From a phage, in the sequence record PZ229304.1: 64,000 nt of DNA. One strand, given 5' to 3'. The position numbers and the translations under genes are program-made. The notes under the pieces were generated by a model. The model saw only the letters and a list, made by a program, of their open reading frames with translations. It was not told the DNA's origin and ran no database searches. This document shows positions 1 through 8,946 of the stretch, piece after piece; within the stretch, counting starts at the first letter, position 1, and each line of letters starts with the position of its first letter.

Positions 1-848
1 ACTGGGGTGTTAACAGCGGAAGATATGCGGGGCCACCAATTAACTTTACAATTAAGAATTTGGATATTCCAGAATCTTCAATTGAGATTGCAACGGCTGG
101 ATCAGATGCTTGGGAAAACTCTACAATTGTTAGTAATATCAATTGTAATGTTTTTAAATGGCGTGGGCTACCATCTAGCTCTACCTTTAATAATATTCGT
201 TGCCGTAGTATTGACTTTATTGGTCAACACGGAAGCGGAGAAGGAAGTGGTGGCGGTTTCTATACTCGCAGCCAATTCACGTATATGAAGTGGGTAGGAT
301 GTACAGCACTTAGCGGAGATGAAACAACAGTTTCTTTTGCTAAAATCTACACTGATCGTTGCGATCAGGTTGGAAATAACTTTGGTGTTCCAACTGCTGT
401 TGATGGTACAGGTCATCGTGGGCCAGTTTTAACTACTATTTCTGAACAATATTTTACAACTTATGATGAATTCCCAGGTGGGCGTGAATTCCCTACTGGA
501 ACAGTTATTCATTGTGCAAGCGGTAAAAAACATGTTGTTACAGTAGGTGGTGCTTTCTTTAGTGCCAACGAGAAAATAAAAGCAACTGTTACAGGTCAAA
601 CCTATCTACAGTCTAATGCTTTAAACTGGGCTAGTAATGGCTACGCTAAAGCAGCAGGTACTAAGATTGTTATTCCAGGTGCAGGTGCAAATGGCGGCGA
701 TCTTGTGACAACTATAGCACGTGCTACATATGTGACAAATAGTTTGTACACAATAGATATTGCAGATCCAATTGTAACACCTACAGCAGAGAATACACAA
801 ATTAAAGCTCTGAATCCTGTTACTTTTGTTACTGTCAACAATGCTTAA
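1..848 (+). CDS. Tail fibre/tailspike protein, C-terminal part (5' end lies outside the window)
   Basis: Frame of ORF 60..848 is open back to base 1 with no stop; Gly/Thr/Ser/Asn-rich composition typical of fibre proteins; followed by a hairpin terminator and then the collagen-like fibre gene. Confidence 0.45.
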   Translation, partial: WGVNSGRYAGPPINFTIKNLDIPESSIEIATAGSDAWENSTIVSNINCNVFKWRGLPSSSTFNNIRCRSIDFIGQHGSGEGSGGGFYTRSQFTYMKWVGCTALSGDETTVSFAKIYTDRCDQVGNNFGVPTAVDGTGHRGPVLTTISEQYFTTYDEFPGGREFPTGTVIHCASGKKHVVTVGGAFFSANEKIKATVTGQTYLQSNALNWASNGYAKAAGTKIVIPGAGANGGDLVTTIARATYVTNSLYTIDIADPIVTPTAENTQIKALNPVTFVTVNNA

Positions 849-852
849 TTAA

Positions 853-874
853 AAAGGGGCGAAAGCCCCTTTAT
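853..874 (+). terminator. Rho-independent terminator-like hairpin (AGGGGC-GAAA-GCCCCT + TTAT)
   Basis: Perfect 6-bp GC-rich stem with GAAA loop directly after the stop at 846-848, followed by T-rich run. Confidence 0.55.
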
Positions 875-889
875 AAAAGGAGTAGTAAA

Positions 890-2851
890 GTGATTTTAAC
901 ACGTCCAAATAGTGCCATTGCAGACATGGTAGAGTCTCGCTATAGAAAGCGTAGAAGTTTTGCAAGTGGTTTTACCTTAAGAGATGCTCGTGAAGCATTG
1001 CTCTTTGAAACTGACGGTAACTACTATCAGTGGAAAGGTTCTCTACCTAAAGTTGTACCTGCTAACTCTACTCCTACATCTACTGGAGGGATTTCAGATA
1101 CAGCTTGGAAAAATGTGGGTAATGCAGATGACATTGCTCAAATAGAATCAGAATTAGATGCTATTGAAGCTGAAATTGAAGATCTTAGAGAATCCATACC
1201 AGAAGCTGGTAAATCAGCTTACCAGATTGCCGTAGACAATGGTTTCCAAGGTACTGAGACACAGTGGTTGGCTTCTTTAAAAGGTGATCCAGGTGCTCCA
1301 TTAAAGCTACTAGGGACGCTATCTAATACCAACCAATTACCTACAACTGGAAACAATGCAGGGGATGCATGGATTGTAGGCGAGAATATGTATGCTTGGG
1401 ATGGTACTGCTTGGAGAAAAGTAAACTCACAGGGGCCAGAAGGTAAATCAGCTTATCAAGTTTGGCTTGCAGCAGGAAACCAAGGTACAGAACTAGACTA
1501 TCTTGCTGCGATTAAAGGTGATAAAGGGGAGCCTGGCCCAGAGGGGCCACAAGGTGTGCCAGGTAACAATGCTAATGGTTTTGATTACCAAGGTGCAGCT
1601 AATTCCGTTTCAGATCTTCCTTCTGCATCTCATGGAAACACATCTCAAGCATGGAGTGTTGGTACATATCTATACGTGTCAAACGGTGTAGAATGGATCA
1701 ATATGGGCGCTATAGTGGGGCCAAAAGGAGATAAAGGCGACAAAGGAGATAAGGGTAACACTGGTGATTCAGCTTATCAAGTTTGGTTAAATGCTGGTAA
1801 CGTTGGTACTATTGACGAATATATTGCCTCTCTGAAAGGAGAAAAAGGTGATAAGGGAGACAAGGGTGATCAAGGTGCGCAGGGTATACAAGGCTTGACG
1901 GGGCCAACTGGTGCAGGGTTGACCATTATTGACATTCTGACTAGCACTTCTGAACTGCCACAAACTGGGGAAGATGGTGATGGTTATCTGATCAATAGTG
2001 AACTTTGGGTCTGGTTGCAAGGAGCCACAGAGTGGACAAATGTTGGTCGTTTAGCTGGTACTCCAATCACTGCAAAAGGACACGTTGCGTCTGCAAGTGC
2101 GCTTCCTCCTACAGCCAATTACGGTGATGCTTATCTGACGGAAGATACAGGTCATCTTTACATTTACACCTATAATGAACAAACTCAAACTGCTGAATAT
2201 GTAGATATGGGTAGTTTGAAAGGTGATAAGGGTGAAAAAGGTGACGCTGGTACTAACGGTACAGACGGTGCAACTTGGATTGTTAAAACAACAGATCCAA
2301 TCTCTAGTGATGGTAAACAAGGTGATTATGCCTTTAATATCTCCACTGGCGAGGTGTTCTTAAAAACATCTGCAACTGTCTGGACTTCTCAAGGTACACT
2401 ACCTAGCATCACAGATGCACCTAGTGATGGTAAGACTTATGCTCGTAAAGATGGAGCATGGGAAGAACTCACTAGTTCTGTAGATGGTCAAGATATAGTT
2501 CCAACAAAAGTAACAACTAATTTTATAGAGGTTACAGCATATACCAACGATTCTGTTACAGGGGACTGGACACCTCCAGGAACACATAACATGAATGTGT
2601 TGAATCTTACTGGTAACTCTACTATAAAAGCATGGCCTGGTGTCGAAGATAGCACAAAACCTAAACCATTCTCTGCAATAGTTTATCTTATCCAAGATGC
2701 CACTGGAGGTCGTACTGTTACTTTAGATCCATCTTATAAAGTAATTGGTTCTAGTGATATTAATACAGATCCTAACGGAGTAACAATACTACAACTAACA
2801 TATTGTGGTGTTGGCAATTACGTGGATGCTATTGTTGCTAAACGCACATAA
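890..2851 (+). CDS. Tail fibre protein with collagen-like Gly-X-Y repeats
   Basis: 653-aa ORF, GTG start 10 nt after AAGGAG; runs such as GPKGDKGDKGDKGNTGDS and GEKGDKGDKGDQGAQGIQGLTGPTGAG; three copies of SAYQ(I/V)..AG(N)QGTE..(W/Y)LA(S)(L)KG and four LP.TG...W/Y repeats; N-terminal coiled coil (IESELDAIEAEIEDLRE). Confidence 0.7.
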   Translation: MILTRPNSAIADMVESRYRKRRSFASGFTLRDAREALLFETDGNYYQWKGSLPKVVPANSTPTSTGGISDTAWKNVGNADDIAQIESELDAIEAEIEDLRESIPEAGKSAYQIAVDNGFQGTETQWLASLKGDPGAPLKLLGTLSNTNQLPTTGNNAGDAWIVGENMYAWDGTAWRKVNSQGPEGKSAYQVWLAAGNQGTELDYLAAIKGDKGEPGPEGPQGVPGNNANGFDYQGAANSVSDLPSASHGNTSQAWSVGTYLYVSNGVEWINMGAIVGPKGDKGDKGDKGNTGDSAYQVWLNAGNVGTIDEYIASLKGEKGDKGDKGDQGAQGIQGLTGPTGAGLTIIDILTSTSELPQTGEDGDGYLINSELWVWLQGATEWTNVGRLAGTPITAKGHVASASALPPTANYGDAYLTEDTGHLYIYTYNEQTQTAEYVDMGSLKGDKGEKGDAGTNGTDGATWIVKTTDPISSDGKQGDYAFNISTGEVFLKTSATVWTSQGTLPSITDAPSDGKTYARKDGAWEELTSSVDGQDIVPTKVTTNFIEVTAYTNDSVTGDWTPPGTHNMNVLNLTGNSTIKAWPGVEDSTKPKPFSAIVYLIQDATGGRTVTLDPSYKVIGSSDINTDPNGVTILQLTYCGVGNYVDAIVAKRT

Positions 2852-2854
2852 TCA

Positions 2855-2879
2855 AAGCCCCTTCGGGGGCTTATTATTT
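2855..2879 (+). terminator. Rho-independent terminator-like hairpin (AAGCCCC-TTCG-GGGGCTT + T-rich)
   Basis: 7-bp stem, TTCG tetraloop, followed by TATTATTT; 4 nt after stop codon. Confidence 0.55.
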
Positions 2880-2890
2880 AAGGAGATTAA

Positions 2891-5710
2891 ATGTATCCTA
2901 TTCCTTTATTTATGTCAACAACATCAGCTTCAGTAGTAACAGCTACATCTATAACCACTTCCTCTATTGGTATTGCAATAGTTGGTAGTAAAAAGCAACT
3001 GACATACACAGTTTCACCGGAAGATGGTGCGTTATTTGATATAGATTTTTCATCTTCAGATAATACCAAAATGGTTATAGATAATAATGGTATGATGGAG
3101 TTTGTTGCTGAAGGTGGTTTTGATGCAATAATGACAGCTAAAAATAATTTAGGTGCTGTCTTAACTGATCAATCTGGTGGTTATGCTTCAGAATTAAGTG
3201 TGTACACTGAAAGTCTATCTGCTATGGATGTAGGCACTACTCAACAGTTGGTTGCTACAATCAGTCCAGAAGGTGCTAAAGACCTTCCAGATATGGTAAT
3301 TACGTACACCACAACAGATCCAGAAGTGGCTACTGTAAGCCCTACAGGATTAATAACTGCTCTTAAAGATGGTAATTGCCGTATAGGTTGTACTGCAACG
3401 TATCAAGGAACAGTTGTGGCCTCTGATAGTTCTTATTTAGGTGTTAATGCTATTCCTGTTATTTCTAATGTAACAGCCGTGGCAAACAGCTATGGAGACG
3501 TTCGTGTTGCTTGGGATGTAGCTGATCCGCTAGATGGTGATACTTATACTGTAGAAGTATTAGATTTAAGTAATAATAGTGTTCAGTGGACTACAACAAC
3601 CACGAATACTCATGCTTACTTTGATATCTCTGACTCTATTCCTCTTTATGGGTTTGCTCCAACATACCTTAAAATTAGCGTTAAGAGCACCAAAGCAGCA
3701 GCCGTTATCTTTAATAACTCAATAGCTACAGATGATTCATTCATTAAAGAAGTTATTGTCTTTGCTGGACAAGATAACGTAAATGCACACTTTACAGAAC
3801 TATCTGGTGCAAATAAAGCAGCAATGAGTAGCACAACAGCCCGTAATGCATATGCTACGCAACGTGGTTTAGCAAATGCTGAAGTTCTTCCGTTAAATAC
3901 AGCTTCTGGATCATCAGCAGCAGATAAATATGCTGACGATAAAGCTGGAACAGGAACACCAGACAACTACTGGTATGATCTGGATAACACAGCAGATGGG
4001 CCATGCTTAACTAACTTTATCACTAAAGTCACACCTTATGCAAGTAAGGTTAAAGCCATTATTTGGGGACAAGGTGAAAATGATGCTGTATCAGCATCTT
4101 CAACTGTTGCAGGTAGATACAGTAACACTACACGTTACCATGATGCTACGATAGCTATCTTTGATAAGATGCGTACAATAGTTCCTGCTTCTCAAGCAAA
4201 AATTGTTTGGCAGATCCTAGGACGTTCTTATTTATATGGTGTAGAAGTCAATGGTGTGGATTGGCAGAAATACAGAAATGTACAAAGAGCCATCTCTACG
4301 GCACGTGATGATGTTATCATTGGTTCTTGGGTAGATGGTGCTGAACGTTACAGTGGTTACGTTTATGAAGAAGGTATTGATGGTCGTATCCATTATATTT
4401 CTTCTGTATACCAGACAGCAGCTACAAAACTTGCTAAATCAGCAGCAGACGGTACAGACCTAACATCAACGTCACCTGTTTGGGTTGATATGGCTGTTCC
4501 AACTGGAGCAACAGCTACTTCCCAACCTAATCAAGATACAATTTTAGCATGGGATGCTCAAGGCTATAGTAAACACTACTTCCGTAATATTAACGTCTTA
4601 ACCGCATCTGTATTAACTGAACAAACGCTTAATACGAACAGTTATACGTTTACCTATGCAGATCAAGTAGCACAATATGGTTTTGCAGCAGGAACTACTA
4701 TATTTGATGTTGCATATTATGACGAAGCAAATGATGTGTTATCTCCTTTAGTACGTTTTAATGTTAACGTTACAGCAGGAACCGAAGAAGATAAACCTGT
4801 CGTGATGGACTATGATTTGACGCAAGAAACTCTCCCATCAGATGTTAAGGTTAATGGTGGGAACTCTTTTGCTCGTGCTTCTGGAGATAAACTTGTAGCC
4901 ACTAACACCTTGGTTGCTCCGTTGGAGTATGTTGGTACTACCCCTGTAGGTAGACGTGTAACAGCTAACACAGCTACACAAATTTTTGTCAACAACGCCT
5001 TAACAAGTGCAAGCCCGTGGGTAAAGACCAACTTAACTGTTGCAGCTTCATCTGATAACTCTCCGGCTGGAACTACTGCTAATGTATTCAAATTAACTCC
5101 GACTACAACCTCTGGTAGTCATATCTTAACTGCAACATATACTAACGCGTACAACATAAATGCCGGACGTAACTGGTCTGCCTCTGTTTTCTTGAAAGCG
5201 AACGGGATTACTAAGGCTAAACTAAGATTAAAAGCAGGAACTGAAGTTAATGAGGGTACTTTTGATTTAGCAGCAGGTACATTCACAGGAAGTGAAGCTA
5301 ATATTATATCTATGGGCAACGGTTGGTATCGTGCTATTCTGCATAAAACAGGGATAGCCAAACAGTCCTTCATAAGTTTTGAAATAATTGCCTTGGATGC
5401 AACTGGTGCAGAGATTTTCGCTGGAAATGGTACTAGTAACCTTGCAGTTTGGTTGCCACAGCTTGAAGGTGCTTCTACAGGAGAAACATCAAAAGCTGGA
5501 TCGCCTTATGTCTGCACATATCCTGGAAATTTAGGAGGAGTATCCTTCACTATACCAAGGAACGGACATACTGGTGTGGATGTTTACTATTCCAACGGAG
5601 ACGTTGTTCGTGACGTATTCTCTGGTACGGCATCTACTTGGACAATAAACTACTCCAGCTTGTACGATTGGGGATCAGTCTTTATTACAGGTTTGAAATA
5701 TTACGACTAA
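2891..5710 (+). CDS. Large tail fibre/tailspike protein with Ig-like (Big_2-type) repeats, FN3-like region and SGNH/SASA-type carbohydrate esterase-like region
   Basis: 939-aa ORF with AAGGAG RBS; Big_2-like segment (ATISPEGAKDLPDMVITYTTTDPEVATVSPTGLITALKDGNCRIGCTATYQG); AGQDNVN and WGQGENDA motifs resemble the GQSNM / QGEsD motifs of sialate-O-acetylesterase-type SGNH hydrolases (from memory of the family, not searched). Confidence 0.55.
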   Translation: MYPIPLFMSTTSASVVTATSITTSSIGIAIVGSKKQLTYTVSPEDGALFDIDFSSSDNTKMVIDNNGMMEFVAEGGFDAIMTAKNNLGAVLTDQSGGYASELSVYTESLSAMDVGTTQQLVATISPEGAKDLPDMVITYTTTDPEVATVSPTGLITALKDGNCRIGCTATYQGTVVASDSSYLGVNAIPVISNVTAVANSYGDVRVAWDVADPLDGDTYTVEVLDLSNNSVQWTTTTTNTHAYFDISDSIPLYGFAPTYLKISVKSTKAAAVIFNNSIATDDSFIKEVIVFAGQDNVNAHFTELSGANKAAMSSTTARNAYATQRGLANAEVLPLNTASGSSAADKYADDKAGTGTPDNYWYDLDNTADGPCLTNFITKVTPYASKVKAIIWGQGENDAVSASSTVAGRYSNTTRYHDATIAIFDKMRTIVPASQAKIVWQILGRSYLYGVEVNGVDWQKYRNVQRAISTARDDVIIGSWVDGAERYSGYVYEEGIDGRIHYISSVYQTAATKLAKSAADGTDLTSTSPVWVDMAVPTGATATSQPNQDTILAWDAQGYSKHYFRNINVLTASVLTEQTLNTNSYTFTYADQVAQYGFAAGTTIFDVAYYDEANDVLSPLVRFNVNVTAGTEEDKPVVMDYDLTQETLPSDVKVNGGNSFARASGDKLVATNTLVAPLEYVGTTPVGRRVTANTATQIFVNNALTSASPWVKTNLTVAASSDNSPAGTTANVFKLTPTTTSGSHILTATYTNAYNINAGRNWSASVFLKANGITKAKLRLKAGTEVNEGTFDLAAGTFTGSEANIISMGNGWYRAILHKTGIAKQSFISFEIIALDATGAEIFAGNGTSNLAVWLPQLEGASTGETSKAGSPYVCTYPGNLGGVSFTIPRNGHTGVDVYYSNGDVVRDVFSGTASTWTINYSSLYDWGSVFITGLKYYD

Positions 5711-5713
5711 TAA

Positions 5714-5742
5714 AAAAGGAGCCATTAGGCTCCTTTTCTTTT
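5714..5742. terminator. Bidirectional terminator hairpin between convergent genes (AAGGAGCC-ATTA-GGCTCCTT)
   Basis: 8-bp perfect stem flanked by A-run upstream and T-run downstream; sits between + gene ending 5710 and - gene ending 5746. Confidence 0.55.
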
Positions 5743-5745
5743 ATC

Positions 5746-6177
5746 TTAATCAGTGAAAATTACGCTTACATCTTCTTTAGAAAAGAGTTTATGATCTTCA
5801 CCTTTTGTCTCAAGAGTTTCATACAGGTTAAGAAGTTCTGAAACATCTTTCTCTACCAGTTTCTTCAATGTTGCAATTTTCTGTTTGCGATTCTTAATAC
5901 GTTCAGCTACAACCTTACGTTGGTATCCAGCAGTACGATAACCTGAGAAAGTTACACCAGTGAGACTTGCAGTTACAGGATCGTAATGACGTTCAATCTG
6001 AAATTTATTAAAAGGTACAGCGTCATCACGAATAATCTTCCCGCCATTACTTACTTGACGAAGACCAGTAACTTGTTCTAGTCGTGCCATAGAAATCTTT
6101 GGAGACAGACCAGAGTCCAAGTTCATACCATTGTTAATCAGTGCTTTCAGGGTGATTTTGCTGTTCAGTGTACTCAT
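5746..6177 (-). CDS. Hypothetical protein
   Basis: 143-aa ORF in the co-directional minus-strand array; overlaps the methyltransferase 3' end by 44 nt in another frame. Confidence 0.4.
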   Translation of the reverse strand: MSTLNSKITLKALINNGMNLDSGLSPKISMARLEQVTGLRQVSNGGKIIRDDAVPFNKFQIERHYDPVTASLTGVTFSGYRTAGYQRKVVAERIKNRKQKIATLKKLVEKDVSELLNLYETLETKGEDHKLFSKEDVSVIFTD

Positions 6178-6865
6178 TTAGTCGTTCCTCCGCTTGCTTA
6201 AAAATATTTACATCGGCTTCACAGCCTAAGTATTCTCTACCTGTTAAAAGTGCCGCAACTTGTGTTGTTGCACTTCCAGAGAAGAAGTCTAAGACTACAT
6301 CTCCTTCGTTGGTGTGTATATTAATAAGGTCACAAAACAAAGTCAAGTGTTTTTGTGTTGGATGAAAACGATCTGCTCCTTGATAGATAGGATACTCAAA
6401 CACACCCTTATGGTAGGAAGCATTGAAGGTTGGCTTAGAACCTTTAACACAAACAATAGCCATTTCTTTAGCGTTACTAAGGTAGTTAACACCACTGTTG
6501 ATGGGTACAGGGTTTGTTTTAATCCATTCGATAGTACGGAACATACGAAAACCAAGCGGTTCAAGGATTTCACGTAGCTCCTGGATCTTCCAGATATCAT
6601 ACCAAACTATGCAAGTACCACCTTTTCTAAGCACCCTGTAGGCTTCTTTGAATACTTCTTTAAAGTAAGGAATATCTACAACATCCCAATCACCAAAGTT
6701 GTAAGATACACGGAATCTATCCGTATCTTTTCCAGTAGGCTCTCCAGACTGAAAATTTGTGTCACGAGAAATAGCATATGGTGGGTCAGTAAGAATCAAA
6801 TCTACACTATTGCTTTCGAGGGTTTGCAAGTAGTTTAATGCGGTGTTGTTTACAAATTCGCTCAT
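6134..6865 (-). CDS. DNA methyltransferase, beta-class amino-methyltransferase (N6-adenine or N4-cytosine)
   Basis: DPPY motif (LILTDPPYAIS) near N-terminus and SAM-binding FxGxG-like motif (DFFSGSATT) near C-terminus, the IV-then-I order typical of beta-class MTases; AGGAGA RBS. Confidence 0.8.
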   Translation of the reverse strand: MSEFVNNTALNYLQTLESNSVDLILTDPPYAISRDTNFQSGEPTGKDTDRFRVSYNFGDWDVVDIPYFKEVFKEAYRVLRKGGTCIVWYDIWKIQELREILEPLGFRMFRTIEWIKTNPVPINSGVNYLSNAKEMAIVCVKGSKPTFNASYHKGVFEYPIYQGADRFHPTQKHLTLFCDLINIHTNEGDVVLDFFSGSATTQVAALLTGREYLGCEADVNIFKQAEERLNEYTEQQNHPESTD

Positions 6866-6883
6866 TATATCTCCTTCAAAGAA

Positions 6884-6905
6884 AAGGAGCCGTTAGGCTC
6901 CTTAT
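6884..6905 (-). terminator. Terminator hairpin after the SSB-like gene (AAGGAGCC-GTTA-GGCTCCTT), near-identical to the hairpin at 5716-5735
   Basis: 8-bp stem identical to that at 5716-5735; on the minus strand followed by TTTTCTTT. Confidence 0.5.
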
Positions 6906-6925
6906 ATTCACACAATATTTAACTA

Positions 6926-7873
6926 TTAGAAACAGTGCAGGAAGTTTCGACCATACTGCAAACCAATAGGAGCAAATGGGATATCATCATCGAAATCTTG
7001 AACAACAGGTTCTGGTTCTTTCGGTGCTGGCTCTTTCTTCTCTACTTTTTTAGTTTCTTTCTTAACTTCTTGTACTGGGGCAGACATTCCACGGATAGCA
7101 GCAGCTACTTTATCAGACAAAGCAAGAACTTCACGAGCAGCTTCAATAATCTCTTCTGCCGTTACAGTCTTACCTGTATGATCACGACAAGCGTTAAGAA
7201 TTGCGTGTCCAACTGAAGCACCAAGATCATAGTCAGTCACATCAACGCCACGATCTTTAGCAATTTCTGCTTTCAGAGTAACAGTTGCAGATTGTACCAC
7301 ACCAGCCAAGTCGAAAGCATCGCCTTTCACACCAGCACGTAGAAGCTCCAGAGCGCCGTTTACAGCGTGTCCTGTTTCAATCCCTACGGTATCACGTTTT
7401 TTGTAGTTAGGCTTGCTACCTTCGTTATTAGATGGCTTATTTCCACCTTTTGAAGAAGATTGTGCTTGCTGAACACCTTCTGTTGAAAGAATAGTGATTT
7501 TACCTTTAGAGGAATTGTAGTATGTTTTGCCATTCCATTCAGAAGGTTTAACATCCATAGTTAGTTCTACACCTTTTTCGATAGTAACCCACTTGTCACC
7601 ATCTTTAACTTGCAGGTTTTCATGTTCTGGATGCAGTTTAACTTCACCTAGGCTAACCCAAACACCTTTATCATCAGCACCAGCACCTTTCTCTTTAATA
7701 AGCAGAGATGCTTTGTGAGTTGATTCAATTTTCTTATCTGGCTGACCTGCAACCTTAATATAAGAGACTTTCATTTCATCAAACTTATCTAGTTTGACAT
7801 ATTCAACGATACCTTCAGCCCAGAATGCTTCTTTTTTAGTACGACGGTCGATTTCAGAATTAATTACTGGCAT
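6926..7873 (-). CDS. Putative ssDNA-binding protein with SSB-like acidic DDDIPF motif
   Basis: 315-aa ORF; Gly/Ser/Asn-rich linker, Lys/Glu/Pro-rich tail and the motif QDFDDDIPF (identical to the bacterial SSB C-terminal tip) located 14 aa before the stop; position directly upstream of the replication genes. Confidence 0.5.
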   Translation of the reverse strand: MPVINSEIDRRTKKEAFWAEGIVEYVKLDKFDEMKVSYIKVAGQPDKKIESTHKASLLIKEKGAGADDKGVWVSLGEVKLHPEHENLQVKDGDKWVTIEKGVELTMDVKPSEWNGKTYYNSSKGKITILSTEGVQQAQSSSKGGNKPSNNEGSKPNYKKRDTVGIETGHAVNGALELLRAGVKGDAFDLAGVVQSATVTLKAEIAKDRGVDVTDYDLGASVGHAILNACRDHTGKTVTAEEIIEAAREVLALSDKVAAAIRGMSAPVQEVKKETKKVEKKEPAPKEPEPVVQDFDDDIPFAPIGLQYGRNFLHCF

Positions 7874-7889
7874 AAATTCTCCTCTATAA

Positions 7890-8288
7890 TTACATTACTT
7901 TAACACAAAACTCTCGTAAAAGAGTAGCGTCAGTTTCTTCCAACAGGTATTTACCAAGACCAATACCAAATCCTATTTCACCACTTTCAAAATGGAGAAT
8001 TTGTATCTTTTCTCCACCAAGGTTGATTACTTTTGCTTTTCCAGGATTATCCAAAACATCTCGTATTGTATCCTGTAGTAGCATTAGTTCACGTTTTGTG
8101 ATAGTGGTTTCAGATATCTCTTTGTTTTCTACTCTCACTGTTAAACGATTGTATCCACCAAAGAGACATAGTATTTGAATAAAAAAGGTATTATCTTGAG
8201 GTTCAACATCTTTTTTAGTTAGCTCAAGACGATTAGTTTCTCTACTGTAGAACGTCTCGACTAAGATTTTAGAACGATTATCTGTCAT
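7890..8288 (-). CDS. Hypothetical protein
   Basis: 132-aa ORF in the minus-strand gene array. Confidence 0.4.
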   Translation of the reverse strand: MTDNRSKILVETFYSRETNRLELTKKDVEPQDNTFFIQILCLFGGYNRLTVRVENKEISETTITKRELMLLQDTIRDVLDNPGKAKVINLGGEKIQILHFESGEIGFGIGLGKYLLEETDATLLREFCVKVM

Positions 8289-8331
8289 TCAAGTCCTCAT
8301 AATAACACATAATTATAATGTTTGTCAACAC

Positions 8332-8946
8332 TTAAATCTTAAATTCTTCGTTGTTAAATGAATCCAGTGTACGTACTTCTGGTTCTTTGGGAATGAAAAC
8401 GTCTTTTACAAAGCGGAACATAGGGAAACGTTCTGCCATTTTACGGACGTGTGCTTCTTTACCTGTGTATCGGTGATTAATAGTACAAATATTAGTTTTC
8501 AGTGCAAATTCAAAATCTGGATGATATACATAATTTTGACCATCCCAGTAACACAAGCAAATAGCTACATCAAAGTTCCATACGATTTCACTGCGTACAC
8601 CTTCTTCCATGATCATAAAGTTAAACTTAAGATCTTTATAGTATGCTTCAAATACCCATTTCAAATGTGGTAGTTCGGCATAAGTGTGTTCTGTTTGCTT
8701 AGTAAGTTGTTTAACATTACGTGCACCAACACCCAACATCAAAAACTTCTCTACTAGCACGAGTGTATTGTGGTTAGGCATACGCAAGTAAATGTCAATG
8801 TCTTGTGCAGGTTTCTCTAATCGCCAATCACGTACAGCGCCGCCAGCTACAATTGCAAACGGATCTACCAGTTGGCACATACGTAATACTTCTAAAGCTC
8901 GTACTTTTTGATCTTCAATATTCATATTTTCTCCTATCGTGTCCAC
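8332..8946 (-). CDS. Nucleotidyltransferase-like protein (poly(A) polymerase / CCA-adding enzyme head-domain-like)
   Basis: Motif IVAGGAVRDW.....DIDIY resembles the GGxVRD...DxD signature of tRNA nucleotidyltransferase/PAP head domains; only 204 aa so likely a minimal enzyme. Confidence 0.45.
   Translation of the reverse strand: MDTIGENMNIEDQKVRALEVLRMCQLVDPFAIVAGGAVRDWRLEKPAQDIDIYLRMPNHNTLVLVEKFLMLGVGARNVKQLTKQTEHTYAELPHLKWVFEAYYKDLKFNFMIMEEGVRSEIVWNFDVAICLCYWDGQNYVYHPDFEFALKTNICTINHRYTGKEAHVRKMAERFPMFRFVKDVFIPKEPEVRTLDSFNNEEFKI

Noticed and set aside
5746-6177. Idea that ORF 5746..6177 is the frameshifted C-terminal part of the DNA methyltransferase
   Set aside because: The 243-aa methyltransferase already contains both the DPPY catalytic motif and the SAM-binding motif in the beta-class order, so it appears complete; the overlap is more likely ordinary gene overlap.
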